A stretch of DNA of 63,018 nucleotides, filler included, from Octopus bimaculoides (GCF_001194135.2; 6 parts of 5 records of this genome joined end to end with filler, not necessarily neighbours in it), one strand, 5' to 3'. Positions 1 through 12,000 are shown, counted from the whole stretch's first letter. A program made the numbers and translations. The notes: generated by a model from the letters alone, not told the origin.

Positions 1-300
1 AACCGCTTGCACTGATTGTCCCTGCATCTTGTTGACTGTCATGGGAAAGCAGAGTTTGATGGGAAATTGCATCTGTTTAAACTTGTAGGTCATACCGGAG
101 TGGGTAAGAGACATGGGAGTTATAAGTATGTCTTAGCCAGCGGCCGGTTCATTCAAGATTGTTGCTTACAGAACTCGGGAGCACAATTTTTTGATAATCA
201 TCCGCGTACCATTGCACATTATTGGAGCATCTAAATTCCTTAGTAGCATGATTGGCGCGCCAATTTTCAGATGCAGTTCGTGAACTGGTAGTTCTGCAGG
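1..300 (-). pseudogene. Helitron RepHel PIF1-like helicase, C-terminal fragment (2 in-frame stops)
   Basis: Manual minus-strand translation of 300->1: PAELPVHELHLKIGAPIMLLRNLDAPIMCNGTRMIIKKLCSRVL*ATILNEPAAG*DILITPMSLTHSGMTYKFKQMQFPIKLCFPMTVNKMQGQSVQAV. It contains the Helitron/PIF1 motifs LKxGAPIMLLRNL, CNGTR, QFPxxLxF(A/P)MT(I/V)NKxQGQS. Stops at 166-168 and 133-135. Not in the ORF track. Confidence 0.88.
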
Positions 301-639
301 TCTCCCCTTTTGTCAGATTTGTCATGGGCTGGCCGATCTATCTCAGATACATGGGAAGCTGGATTAAACTGTTCATCAACACAGGGGAACCGAAATAAAT
401 TTTTTCAATGTCCAAGGGAAGCCAAATCGCGAAAAAGGTTGAGAAATGCTGATCTATAACGATGGTTTTTATTCAGGCACATCGTAAAAGTAATTATAAT
501 GAATTGCTTAATATAAAGAAAAGTATGTTTTTTCAGGCAAATACAGTTAGAAAAAATATTTACCATTTCAAGTCATCACTAAAGACAAAGATCATCAATT
601 TTTGAATGAAGTAATAATTTTATTCTTTTATTCTAAGTT

Positions 640-1040
640 GTAAATTTTGCCCGAGAAATAAAGCAAATAATCACCAAATGCATTGTTAAAAATCTGCAAC
701 TCGATAGCAAATATCTCCAAATTGATTAGAAATGTATAAATTTAATAACAATGTTTTTGAGATTTCAGTTCGAATGACATGAGTGTTTTTGTTTAACTTT
801 TGACACGTAATACTTAAATAGTGGAGGAGATATGATGTTGCTGTGGGCTGGAAGTATGCAAGAAGTTCAAATTTTTTTTGACTAAAACACAACCGGGACC
901 CTAAGTAAGGCATGTGTAAAATTTGAATGAAATTGGTTGTGTAGTTCTGGAGGTTTAGGGATTCACACAGATACACATACACACAGACACACATACACAC
1001 AGACACACAGACATACATTCTCGATTTTATATATATATAT
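640..1040 (-). mobile_element. Probable Helitron 5'-terminal region with internal (TGTC/TG)n microsatellite
   Basis: Minus strand reads ATATATATATAAAATCGAGAATGTATGTCTGTGTG...AACTACACAACCAATTTCATTCAAATTTTACAC. This resembles the TATATAAAA + microsatellite + 'ACCGATTT..TGAAATTT' start typical of animal non-autonomous Helitrons, and it is co-oriented with the helicase remnant. The terminal TC is not visible. Confidence 0.45.
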
Positions 1041-1063
1041 GTGTGTGTGTGTGGGGGTGTGTT

Positions 1064-1413
1064 GTTGGCTTACGACGTCGAGGGTTCCAGTTGATCCGAT
1101 CAACGGAACAGCCTGCTCGTGAAATTAACGTGCAAGTGGCTGAGCACTCCACACACACGTGTACCCTTAACGTAGTTCTCGGGGATATTCAGCGTGACAC
1201 AGTGTGACAAGGCTGAACCTTTGAATTACAGGCACAACAGAAACAGGAAGTAAGAGTGAGAGAAAGTTGTGGTGAAAGAGTACAACCGGGTTTGCCACCA
1301 TCCCCTGCCGGAGCCTCGTAGAGCTTTAGGTGTTTTTGCTCAATAAACACTCACAACGCCCGGTCTGAGAATCGAAACCGCGATCCTATGACTACTGGGC
1401 CATTGCACCTCCA
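1064..1413 (-). mobile_element. tRNA-derived SINE, family S1, copy with deletion in tRNA head
   Basis: Closely matches 61403-61791 over ~330 bp; B box GGTTTCGATTCTC on minus strand; lacks ~20 nt of the head (CGCGAGTCCGCTGCCCTAAC) present in the other copy. Confidence 0.85.
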
Positions 1414-1974
1414 CATATATATGCACATTGCTGTCTCTTCTCGGTCTCTCGCATACACATCAATAAAAATTATGAATACGAAAGAAACATCAACACATGT
1501 CAATGAGCGTAAAAACGAAACCATACCAAAACAAAAGGACGATGGACTAGAACAGGTGGAATTGCTTCTTTTCAAAGCAGCGCTGTCAACGGCCACTGGT
1601 AGTAGTAAACACATTTGACATCTGCTGAACTTAAGGGGTGCGATGATCCTTTTGTCTCTATGGCTGACCTCTCCATCATCTGCCGAATCTATTTATATAC
1701 CTGTAGAATATGATCTATTCACCAATCTGATGCCCAACTACAATGGTAGTGGTGGTGATGGTGATAATGAAAAAAATAAAAATAAAAATAATATGCTGCA
1801 GCTGTTGATACTAAATTCTATTAATACTACAATAATACTACATCTACTACTATTAGAATAGCACAGGAATCTTAGGCCCAGCTACCACCCTCACCACTAC
1901 TCCACCCCTGCTACTGTTGCTGTTGCTGCAACCACTGCTTACTAATTTTCTTACTTTCCCATAGCACAGGAAAG

Positions 1975-2890
1975 GAGCAGTGATAGTTTACTTGATGAGA
2001 GACATATAGATGATCTAAAAGAAGACAATAAAACAAATGGTGACATGACAAATAAACAAAAGGCAATCTACGACAGAGTAAAGGTATGACTACAGGGGAA
2101 CGATAGCGACATTATTTGCAACTTTAAAAAGGTTGATCGATGGAAATTGAACCAAGAAATGAAAAATGTCAATGAAATTCTGAAATAGATCAAAACAAAC
2201 AACATCACAGAAACAAATAATTTGATCAAAGCAGCAAGTATTGTTGTAGCAGAAAACGGGGGTGTTGATGTCAACAAAAAGAAACATAATGGGAGTGGCA
2301 AAAGAAAAGATCCATGGTGGAAAAGAAGAATCCAGGAAGGGTTAGCCATGCTCTCGAAGGAAATCTCTGTCTTAGACCGAAAAGAGAATGGGGAGCTTAA
2401 AAGCGAACAAAAGTACAGGGCGCTGAAAAGGAAGTATAATAATAAAAGAAAGGGCCTGAAAGTAGTAATGGAAGAAGTGAAACAGCACCTCGTTGCAAAG
2501 AAAGCAGAGATGGTAAGATGCGACCAAAGAATGAAGGGTTACCACCAGAATAGGTTATTCAGAGTAGATTAGAAGAGATTCTATAAAGAAAGAAATGGTG
2601 AGTGTGCAGATGAAAAGTTGATACCAGATAACATTGAAAGTCAAAAGTTTTGTAGTGATACCTGGAGCAAAGACAAGGAGCACAAAAAGGATGCTGAATG
2701 GTTGCAAGAACTGAAACAAACAGTAGCCTGTCCAAAACAGGCAGAACTAGTCATTTCAGGTAGGGAAGTGAAGGAAATCAGCAAAAAAAATGAGCAACTG
2801 GAAGGCCCCGGGACCAGATGGTGTTCAAAAGATTTAGTGAACGTCATGCACGAATAGCTGCGCAACTCAACACCTTGTTAAATGCCATCC
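1975..2890 (+). pseudogene. Dong/R4-type non-LTR retrotransposon, pre-RT region of ORF (degenerate)
   Basis: ORFs 2222-2572 and 2618-2857 plus frameshift: DPWWKRRI, YHQNRLF, KFCSDTWSKDKEHKKDAEWL, MSNWKAPGPDGVQ, HE.AAQLNTLLN, typical N-terminal motifs of RLE-type R4-clade ORFs. Confidence 0.8.
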
Positions 2891-3004
2891 TGAGATGGCT
2901 TACATTAGAACATAGTTTCCTTTCATTGTTCTTGTGGATTCTTAATTCCTGGTTCGTGATGGTTTCAGATTTGATCTAATCTTCTCGGGAGCTTGCTGTC
3001 ACAC

Positions 3005-3086
<82 letters not shown>

Positions 3087-3087
<1 letters not shown>

Positions 3088-3622
3088 TTGAGTGAGAGAG
3101 CAGAGCATGACATCAAAGTGACAATGGGGTAAAATATACGAAACCCATTATACCCATCATGACTACCCATATGATAAGGGTACACTAGGCACGTGCATCA
3201 CAACCAATGTGTTCGACATGGTGATCTCATATGAAGATAAACAGTATATGACCTTGCAGGTGGGACCCACTTCGAATTTTCTTCAGATCGAGTAGCCCAT
3301 CCCACTCAAAGGGTCCCTGAATAAGGTTTGTTTAAGGATGTTGAGCAAAACACCCATGTTTCCAAATGTGAATTATTCAAACCCCAAAGAATTCCTCTCA
3401 ACACATGCTTATGATGCGTCCCCACTACTTCTGCTCAAGATCAGAGATGCACATATCATCAGCCACTAAGGGACATGCTCAAATGGTTAAGGTCAAACAA
3501 CTGACAAACAAATCTGTGGTATTGAGCAGAATATTTGCTCTAGCCCATCTTTATACTAAGACAAATAAATGTACGTGATAACACTTCCAATCAGTTAAGA
3601 TCAGAAGCCATAAAACCCACTG
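3087..3622. repeat. Unclassified dispersed repeat E, copy 1
   Basis: 3250-3611 aligns with 43727-44080 (e.g. GAGTAGCCCATCCC, TTTAAGGATGTTGAGCAAAACACCCA, TATCATCAGCCACTAAGGGACATGCT, CAAATCTGTGGTATTGAGCA); flanked by (TAG)n and (TTA)n. Confidence 0.75.
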
Positions 3623-3639
3623 TTTATTATTATTATTAT

Positions 3640-3753
3640 TGTTCAGTAGTTTTATTTTTATAACGTGCTTTCATTTCACTACCGAGCGCAGCTCTTTGTG
3701 CCTTGAGTATGTGCTGTGGTTTGCTGTGATGCTCTTATGGTTACTGTATTGAA
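3640..3753 (-). mobile_element. Possible 3' UTR of a Dong/R4-type LINE ending at (TAA)n
   Basis: Minus strand TTCAATACAGTAACCATAAGAGCATC...GTTATAAAAATAAAAACTACTGAAC followed by (AAT)n; co-oriented with the RT fragment at 4512-6118; assignment is from recollection of this repeat type. Confidence 0.35.
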
Positions 3754-3940
3754 AGCACGACGGGCAAAATGTTTAGCAACATTTTGTCCGTCTTTACGTT
3801 CTGAGTTCAAATTCCGCCGCGGTCGACCTTGCCTTTCATCCCTTGGGTGTCGATAAAAGTAAGTAACAGTTGAGTACTGGGGTCCATGTAATCGACTTAG
3901 CCCACCCCAAATTTCAGGCATTGTGCCTATAGTACGAAGG

Positions 3941-4002
<62 letters not shown>

Positions 4003-4016
4003 CATTATTATTATTA
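3754..4016 (+). mobile_element. tRNA-derived SINE family A, 5'-truncated, (ATT)n tail
   Basis: B box GAGTTCAAATTCC, core CCTTTCATCC..GTCGATAA, 3' end GCCTATAGTACGAAGG then ~75 bp (ATT)n; matches 33326-33540. Confidence 0.85.
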
Positions 4017-4018
4017 TC

Positions 4019-4423
4019 AGTTTATATAGAGGATTGGTAACTCAGCAGAAATGTAATAGATAGATAGATGAGTTCTTAACTTTTGTATACGATTGCCAAA
4101 TTCCATCACTAAGGTAAACATAGCTGACGTAATTCATCACTATGGCCAACTCAATGACAAAAAGCGCAACTCGAAAGTAACTTATTACATTTCTGCTGAG
4201 TTTCCAATCCTCTATATAAACTAAAAATGAATTAGACTAACATTTATTTTATTTTGAACTTGTTGAAGACACACGAGATGTCGAAATATTGTTCAAAGGA
4301 CCAATAAATAAGTTACTTTCGAGTTGCGCTTTTTGTCATTGAGTTGGCCGTAGTGATGGATTACGTCGGCTATGTTTACCTTAGTGATGGAATTTGACAA
4401 TCGTATACAAAAATTAGGAACTC

Positions 4424-4436
<13 letters not shown>
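4019..4436. repeat. Double foldback (Penelope pLTR-like) element
   Basis: 4057-4186 is the reverse complement of 4307-4436 (130 bp, 6 mismatches by eye); 4019-4058 is the reverse complement of 4183-4222 (40 bp, 1 mismatch). Confidence 0.9.
4253..4297 (+). ncRNA. Minimal type-I hammerhead-ribozyme-like motif (variant core UUGUUGA)
   Basis: TTTGAAC-TTGTTGA-A-GACA cacgaga TGTC-GAAA-T-ATT-GTTCAAA: 7-bp helix I, 4-bp helix II, palindromic ATAT helix III, AUU triplet, AATAAA just downstream. The core deviates from CUGANGA at C3 and A6. Confidence 0.55.
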
Positions 4437-4511
<75 letters not shown>

Positions 4512-4512
<1 letters not shown>

Positions 4513-6117
4513 GCCATACAGTTTCACCATTTTGTCCACAAATTCTGAACTTATCACTTTCTGATGTGTTGTCTATTCTGTATTTGATGTAATGCTTGCT
4601 TTTGAACAGCGCAGATTAGAGTCTCCATTTCCGGTTTTAAATCGCTATTAGTCATCCACAGCCATCTTTTTCTTTGTCTTATCTTCAACATCCATATGAA
4701 ATTAACCATGTATTCTTTTCTTTATCCACCTATTTTCAGTTTCATTCATTCTCAAGTGCTTATACAGTGCTTTATCTTCGCAATTTTCCATCCTACACAA
4801 GCTTGACCTTGTTACTTCCAATAATAGCAGTTCCATGGTATTTTTTACATACCATCCTATGTTGTTTTCTGCTCTAATGCTGTGCTCGCATCCAATAAGT
4901 CCTCTTCCCCCTCTTTTTATTGGTACATACAGTCTGTGTAACTTTTTGGATGGAGTATCCCATATCTAGTCAGAAACTTCCTTGTCTTTCTGTCTAAGCA
5001 GTTTAGTTCGTCTACTGTCCATAGGATTACCCCTGCTCCATATCTAAGGAGCGAAACCGCCCAGGTGTTGATAGCTTCAATCTTATTCCGTCCGTTTAAT
5101 TTCGACTTAAAGATCAGTCTCAGTCTGCGCAAGTGCTCCACCTTGAATTTTTCTGTCATTTCGTTCTCCATCAATTTATCCATTTCCAATATCCGCAAGT
5201 ACTTATAGCCTGTCTCTTCTATCTGCTTCATAACCTCCCCCGACGGTATCGCTAGCTTGTCCATACATTTGATTTTGCCTCTCTTCAAGACTAACTTACC
5301 ACATTTTTTCAGTCCGATATCCATTCAGCACTGAAAGTATGCATCGTATCAACGATGGAACCGTCTTGGGATTAATCTTTACCATAAAGTTTGAGGTCAT
5401 CCATGAATAAAAATGGCTGACCTTTTGTTCGCGGGTCTTGAATACATACCCAGCCTTTGCCTTCCTCAGAATCAGTGTTAGTGGTATCAAGCACAGTACA
5501 AAGATCAGTGGGGACAGGCAGTCCCCTTGGAAGATGCCTCTGCTGATTTCTATTATCCCTAAACAACTTCCATATGCCGTCAGGTCCGTCCTCCACTTCA
5601 CCATACTTTTTCCAAGCAATCGCTCAACATTCGATGCAGTACCAAATAGGTTCATACATTACATCATCCAGGAATGTGGGATCATATCGTACGCCTTAGG
5701 ATAATAGATCCATGGCTTAGTTTTCCTTCTCTTGCAGTCTCTAAGTACAGTTTTGTTTAACAAGAGTTGATCCTTGGTACCTCTGCACATACGCTTGCAA
5801 CTCTTTTGCTCATGTGGCAGGACTCCATTTTTTCCAGATGTCCGTACACTGACTCTGCGACTATTCCAGTCAATAATTTTCACATAAATGGCAAGCAGGA
5901 TACCGGCCTGTAATTGTCTACCGCACTACCTTTTTTCGATTTTTTTCAAGCACAGCACTGTCCTACCCATTGTCAACCACTCTGGTGTAACTTGATCAGC
6001 ATTTAACAGGGTGTTGAGCTGTGCGGCTATTCGTGCATGACATTCACCAGTTCTTTTTATCCAGTAGCTTTCGACTCTATCTGATACCGGGGCCTTCCAG
6101 TTGCTCATTTTTTGCAG

Positions 6118-6118
<1 letters not shown>
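4512..6118 (-). pseudogene. Dong/R4-type LINE reverse transcriptase to zinc-knuckle region (frameshifted)
   Basis: ORF pieces [87 protein letters not shown], and WMTNSDLKPEMETLICAVQ..FRICGQNGETVW; flanked on both sides by (TTA)n. Confidence 0.92.
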
Positions 6119-6187
<69 letters not shown>

Positions 6188-6287
6188 NNNNNNNNNNNNN
6201 NNNNNNNNNNNNNNNNNNNNNNNNNNNNNNNTTAATTAATTAANNNNNNNNNNNNNNNNNNNNNNNNNNNNNNNNNNNNNNNNNNNN
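6188..6287. other. Artificial assembly spacer 44N-TTAATTAATTAA-44N (also 15039-15138, 26604-26703, 40764-40863, 56327-56426)
   Basis: Identical 12-mer with stop codons in all six frames at 6232, 15083, 26648, 40808, 56371, each centred in a 100-bp N block. Confidence 0.95.
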
Positions 6288-6557
6288 GAGATCGTTGCCA
6301 GTGCCCCTGGACTGGCTCTTGTGCGGGTGGCACATAAAAGACACCATTTCGAGCGTGGCCGTTTTCGTGCGGGTGACACGTAAAAGCACCCACTACACTC
6401 TCTGAGTGGTTGGCGTTAGGAAGGGCATCCAGCTGTAGAAACTCTGCCAAATTAGATTGGAGCCTGGTGTAGCCATCCGGTTGCACCAGTCCTCAGTCAA
6501 ATCGTCCAACCCATGCTAGCATGGAAAGCGGACGTTAAACGATGATGATGATGATGA
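6288..6557 (+). mobile_element. Repeat family C (RTE-like 3' end, (GAT)n tail)
   Basis: GAGTGGTTGGCGTTAGGAAGGGCATCCAGCTGTAGAAACTCTGCC...CCATGCTAGCATGGAAAGCGGACGTTAAACGATGATGATG; matches 56601-56756. Confidence 0.75.
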
Positions 6558-6597
6558 TATATATATATATTTATATATTTACACACATACACATGCA

Positions 6598-6840
6598 ACT
6601 TTTACTTGTTTCAGCCATTCAACTGAACCCTTCCACCCCATCCAGGATTTACTTTTTAAGTCTGATACTTATTCTATTGGTCTCTTTTGCTGCTGTGGTG
6701 GGGTCAAACACAACACAAAGACACACATATACACATGCACACACATGATGGGCTTCTACCATATCCCCTCACAAAGCTTTGATTGATCCGGGAATATAGT
6801 AGACAAAACTTGCCCAAGGTTCAACACGGAAGCAGAACAT
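6598..6840 (-). mobile_element. Degenerate SINE family B copy
   Basis: TTTTACTTGTTTCAGCCATT, ATTCTATTGGTCTCTTTTGC, ATAGTAGA..ACTTGCCCAAGGT collinear with 9378-9768. Confidence 0.6.
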
Positions 6841-7190
6841 CAGACTACATTTTTTATATTTTAGAAAGTATCTTTGGATGTCTGTTTGAACAGCAGATTA
6901 CCTTTTCACAAAAAGCAAAAGAAAAATTCATCAAATGACTGTTTTGAATCTTGTTCCTTCTCTGTTTAATCCTAAACTCTAAAGCTTAACCTTGCCCTCA
7001 AATACTAATTCATAATCTCCCTGACCTTAATGTGTGACCTATTTTTTAAGAATCATAAGCTTCAATGCTTAAAACTGAATTCTGAAAAGAATTTTTAAGA
7101 AAAGCAATTTTAAAATAAAAATGTTATAGCCAGCTGTTTTCTCTCCAACAGAGGAGTAAGGACAGAATGGAAAGAGAAATCAAAATTTTG

Positions 7191-7227
<37 letters not shown>

Positions 7228-7473
7228 GGTTTGTAGATCATCATAATCACTGATACTTAAAGCCTAGAAATTCACACACACACACACACACGTGTGTGTG
7301 TGTGTTACAAGGGCTACTAACTCCAAAATTCACCAAGGCAGATCACAGTTTCTGTGGAATTGAAAACAGATGCTGCAGACACAATTTCATCATAATGCAA
7401 CTGTTGAGTTACTGTGACATTAATCCTCTGGGCTTTCACTCCAGTCAGCACAAGGTATTTCAGTACATGCATG

Positions 7474-7507
<34 letters not shown>

Positions 7508-9377
7508 ACAAAGGGAAGGGCAGGAGAACCAACTGTGGATCAGATGTCGTTACTTGACCCACGTCTGGGGCAAGTTACCACTCATGCTCAAGAACTCAAA
7601 ATATAAAGAACCAGAATGATAAAGTAGTTTCTTAGACACACTGTATTTACTCTGTGTCCGTGTGTGCAAACGTATGCATGTGAATAAGTATCGATTTATA
7701 TGCATACCTATATATGTGAACATCCTATGTATAAAAACGTGTGTATGCATATATATGTGCATCACTGTTCACACAGAGACATGTACAAGGCTTGTCGGTC
7801 AAATGACTGTTTAGAGCAACTGTTTCTGCACCTCCTTTCACCACTCCTCCTCAAATCTTGGAGTTTCTCTATTTACTTTAACATCATTCTCTACTCTCAC
7901 TTTGAAGCTTCAACTACCTCATACTAACATTCCTGCAGCCTTCCTGCAATACTCATGGCACATAGGTCTAGTCCAAAGGTAACAGATACATACATGCATA
8001 TACACTCACAACAAAAAATACTGACATGAAGAGTAGCCTCTCCTAGACCTGTGGTAGATGTATCACAGCTAACTTAGAAAGCTGAGTGTTTCTTGTTCAA
8101 GAACAGGAAATAGCTACTAAATACTTCATCAATAAGAAAGATAAGGACACTTCTAAGCATCCGCTTTGTGATACCAAATGAATGTTAATTGAACCAATGT
8201 AATAGATATCAGCCACATTTCTAGTAACTGTCCCAAAATGCCCATAAGTTACTTATGAGACAAAGCACTGTTGCTAAAACCATTTTTAGTAATATCTGCA
8301 AGATTTGTACTGAAGTTCATACCAAAAGTACACCAGAACCTAAATGTCTCCATTCATTTAAAAAAATAAGGAATACTGGTTGAACATTCCAATAAAAACA
8401 GCAACCAGGTGCAAACACAAAAGGGCTGATAGTATTCTGTTGGACAGGAAAAAGTTCAAGCACAATTGTAAAGGTGAGCTGTCAAATGCTAGTAAAAGTC
8501 TTATCTAAACTGAGTAAAGATTAACACCTAAAGAGCAATAACAAGAAACTTACAGAACTTATTATACCCAGGTAAGAGACATTTGTTTGTACTGGGTCTA
8601 TAAGACATGAATACAGATAGTATATTGGTCTGGGATCAGAGAGATGAGGAAGCACCTGTGAATCTCTGGCTTTCATGATGTATTGTATCTAATGACATAA
8701 AATACATGGACATACAGATGTAATCTAATTTTAGCAGAGTATATCCATGAAAAACTGTTTTTAATGCATTTAAATATGTAATATTTAAAGCAATCCAAGT
8801 CTAACTTGTCCTGGGGCAATTTTTCTTTAGCCATTTTTTAGGGAAAAAGGTGGAAAAAGGTGCATTATATATGCCAAATATAGTAATTGTTATACACACA
8901 CACACACACACATAAATAACATCATTTTAATGTCTACTTTTCCATATTTGCAGGGGTTGGATGACATTCCTTGTCACCAACTCTCAGCTATTTCCAAGCA
9001 AGATATCTTCCCAAGTTCTTCAAATACAAACAGATAAACTATTATTATTTAGATTTAATTTCAGTCTCACAAAAACAAAAATGTCTTCTAGCCATTAAGA
9101 GTTTCTCTGTCATTCATCATGGCTAAAATTTCTCTTAGTATTTCACTCTCTCTGTGTCTCCTTGGATATGTAATATATCTTCTCATAACTTTCGTCTACC
9201 AAATTTTCTTTGGTTTATCTGAGAACTTGTGCTAATGAATGACTGTGCATATTATATAAAATTAATTTGTCATAACTTGTATTATAAGGAAACCTCTTCT
9301 TGCCTTGGTTATGATTCTGTCTGCTTTCCAGTCATCATTAAAAAAGAATTTAACATTTCTATTTAACATATATCTCT

Positions 9378-9768
9378 CTTTTACTCTACTCTTTTACTTG
9401 TTTCAGTCATTTGACTGCGGCCATGCTGGAGCACTGCCTTTAGTCGAGCAAATCAACCCCAGGACTTATTCTTTGGAAGCCTAGTACTTATTCTATCGGT
9501 CTCTTTTGCCAAACCGCTAAGTTACGGGGACGTAAACACACCCACATCGGTTGTCAAGCGATGTTGGGGGGACAAACACAGACACACAAACACATACATA
9601 TATACGACGGGCTTCTTTCAGTTTCCGTCTACGAAATCCACTCACAAGGCTTTGGTCGGCTCGAGGCTATAGTAGAAGACACTTGCCCAAGGTGCCATGC
9701 AGTGGGACTGAACCCGGAACCATGTGGTTGGTAAGCAAGCTACTTACCACACAGCCACTCCTGCGCCT
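9378..9768 (-). mobile_element. tRNA-derived SINE family B, full length
   Basis: Minus-strand head AGGCGCAGGAGTGGCTGTGTGGTAAG..GGGTTCAGTCCC, CORE-like GCACCTTGGGCAAGTGTCTT, internal (TA/TG)n, tail GACTGAAACAAGTAAAAGAGTAGAG; at least 5 other copies in the window. Confidence 0.9.
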
Positions 9769-10222
9769 ATCTACTCATAAATTTTTATTCATTAACGACT
9801 ATTCATATTGTACATATTTAATTTCTGCCTTAAGAAAAACCATCTAGATTTCTTCAAGAATTTCTCTGCCTTCAACCTTTTAAATATCTCTATTAATCCA
9901 AAGATCCCAACAATACTTTCACCCTCCTCCTCCTCCTCTCTCTATACCCATTCTATTTAACATACATCTTCTCCAACATTTGTTTACTAAATTTCTACTT
10001 CTGTAGAAAATCCATCTGGAGTCAGTAAGTTGAACATGACATGCTTCTCTTCTCCATAAGCCTTTCATGATGCACTCCTTTGGAAAATACTGTCATCTCC
10101 TCAACCTCACACTGGAAATTCCATTAGAAACCCCTATCTCAATGTACAACTTACAACTGTTCCACACTTCTGTATAATCATAATATATATTATATGCTGA
10201 TGTATCAACTTCACTTACACAC

Positions 10223-10262
<40 letters not shown>

Positions 10263-10272
10263 NNNNNNNNNN

Positions 10273-10311
<39 letters not shown>

Positions 10312-10593
10312 ACAACATATTAAGGTCAATATTTGTATACATGTTGGTGCCAACAGCAGTCTGCTCTTCATAACACCATATACCTGGCAATTAGGACACC
10401 ACATACCATGTTCAATAATGATGATGATTGCTCATAGTAATTATGTTGAGGTGTGGGAGATCTACCAGAAAACAAAAACATCTATTTGTGAACACTTTTC
10501 AGTTGTAGCAAAGTGATTGCATAAGCTTTCTTTATTTCAAGTACAGAAGATAGCAAGCAGAGAAACCATCTTTCAATAAACCTTGTTTTCAAC

Positions 10594-10725
10594 TTCAGAG
10601 CAGCTACCATCAATGATGGCAGAATGAAAGGTAGGTCAGGAGAGATTACAGAGATGCTGGAACGGGAGAGTAAATATGTGTTGTGTGCAAGAGGATGAAC
10701 AAGAGCACCAGCCAGACCTTCTCCC
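10594..10725 (+). pseudogene. RTE-clade LINE apurinic endonuclease N-terminus fragment
   Basis: FRAATINDGRMKGRSGEITEMLER / RVNMCCVQE (frameshift) resembles the RTE start LRxGTxNVGTMxGKSxExxxMxxRRxVDIxCVQE. Confidence 0.55.
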
Positions 10726-11810
10726 AAGCATTAATCATCATCATCATCATCCTCATCCTTTTATGTAGTCTTTACAAGCTGACAAATGTTGGATAGAGCA
10801 TCATAATTCAAGTCAGTTCTTATTTAGAAATACTGCTCTTCTAGACAGGCCAGATTACCACATCTCACTTATACATTTCATTTTTGGTTTGATTTCTAGT
10901 CAGATTCCCTTCCTAACATCATACCACTTTTACTGGATGCATTTTTCTGAAAGACCACACTGTATGGTGTGTACTTGGTACATTTTATCATGGAACCAAC
11001 ACTAGAGGTTGTCATGTACTCAACGAGGCTAAAGGATCCCCTTAACCCCAGGTCTCCACTTACTCACCAACCACTTGATAGACAAATACCTTTAATGCAA
11101 AGTCTCAAGCGGAATCAGCAAGACACAGCTCAACAAAACTGCAACTTTGAATTACAGACAATCCCTAGAAAAGGCTTCTATACAGTTTCTGTCAACTCAA
11201 TTGTACTCACAAAGAATGGGTGGACCTGGAACTATAGAAAATTACGTCTGCTCCTCAGAGCAAGCTGGTTTGTACAACCTAAACTCACTTTCTTTTTTCA
11301 TTGTCTGTCTTATGTCCAGTAAAGGTCCACACTAATCATCATATTGAGTCTTTTTCTTTTCCCAAAGTGTCAGCCATCTGGAATTCCTTTTCTGCAGTCA
11401 AGTTTTAGCAACAATTTCAGGAAGGGTATTAACAGCATCTATCTCAACAGTCACAGAAGGCTTGCAAAGGTCCATTGGCTCAGATCATTGACACTAAACC
11501 AATACTTAAAAAAAAGCACCACATAAACAAAATATTTACATATCTACCAGATATATTCACTTATTACCAAACACCTCTCAAGTGCCTACATTTACAGACC
11601 TATATTACAGAATGAGAAAATGTCTCTTAGATTAGCCTGGATATGGATTCCTCAGATTGTCACCTAACTGATTTTATATCATTAAGCAAATTTTTTTATT
11701 GATTTCACTCACCCAAGGTTACAGTAGAAACACTTGCTGAAAGAGAGGCAAAACATGAACCCATATGATTCCAAAGTGAACTTTTAAACCAAATAGATAT
11801 ACCTGTAACA

Positions 11811-12000
11811 TTATCACCTTTTAACATCCATCTTTCATGCTGGTATAGATTAGATGTTTTGATAGGATCCAACAGATCCTAGGACAGCATTGTGCTCCAA
11901 TGTCAACAGGGTTTCTATGGCCAGACTTCCTTCATAATGCCAACCACTTTATAGAGTGTACTGAATACTTTTCCATGGAACTGGCACTAATGAGGTCTCC
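11811..12000 (-). mobile_element. Degenerate repeat family C copy
   Basis: TTTAACATCCATCTTTCATGCTGG..TTTCTATGGCCAGACTTCCTTCATAATGCCAACCACTTTATAGAGTG is a decayed reverse complement of 6400-6545. Confidence 0.55.

Noticed and set aside
380-451. hAT-like terminus (minus strand CAGCATTTCTCAACCTTTTT)
   Set aside because: No partner TIR or 8-bp TSD found in the window; too little to call
6232-6243. Recurrent TTAATTAATTAA as a conserved biological motif
   Set aside because: Always centred in exactly 44+44 N with stops in six frames, so it is an assembly linker
7273-7305. (CA)n-CG-(TG)n palindrome
   Set aside because: A trivial junction of complementary microsatellites
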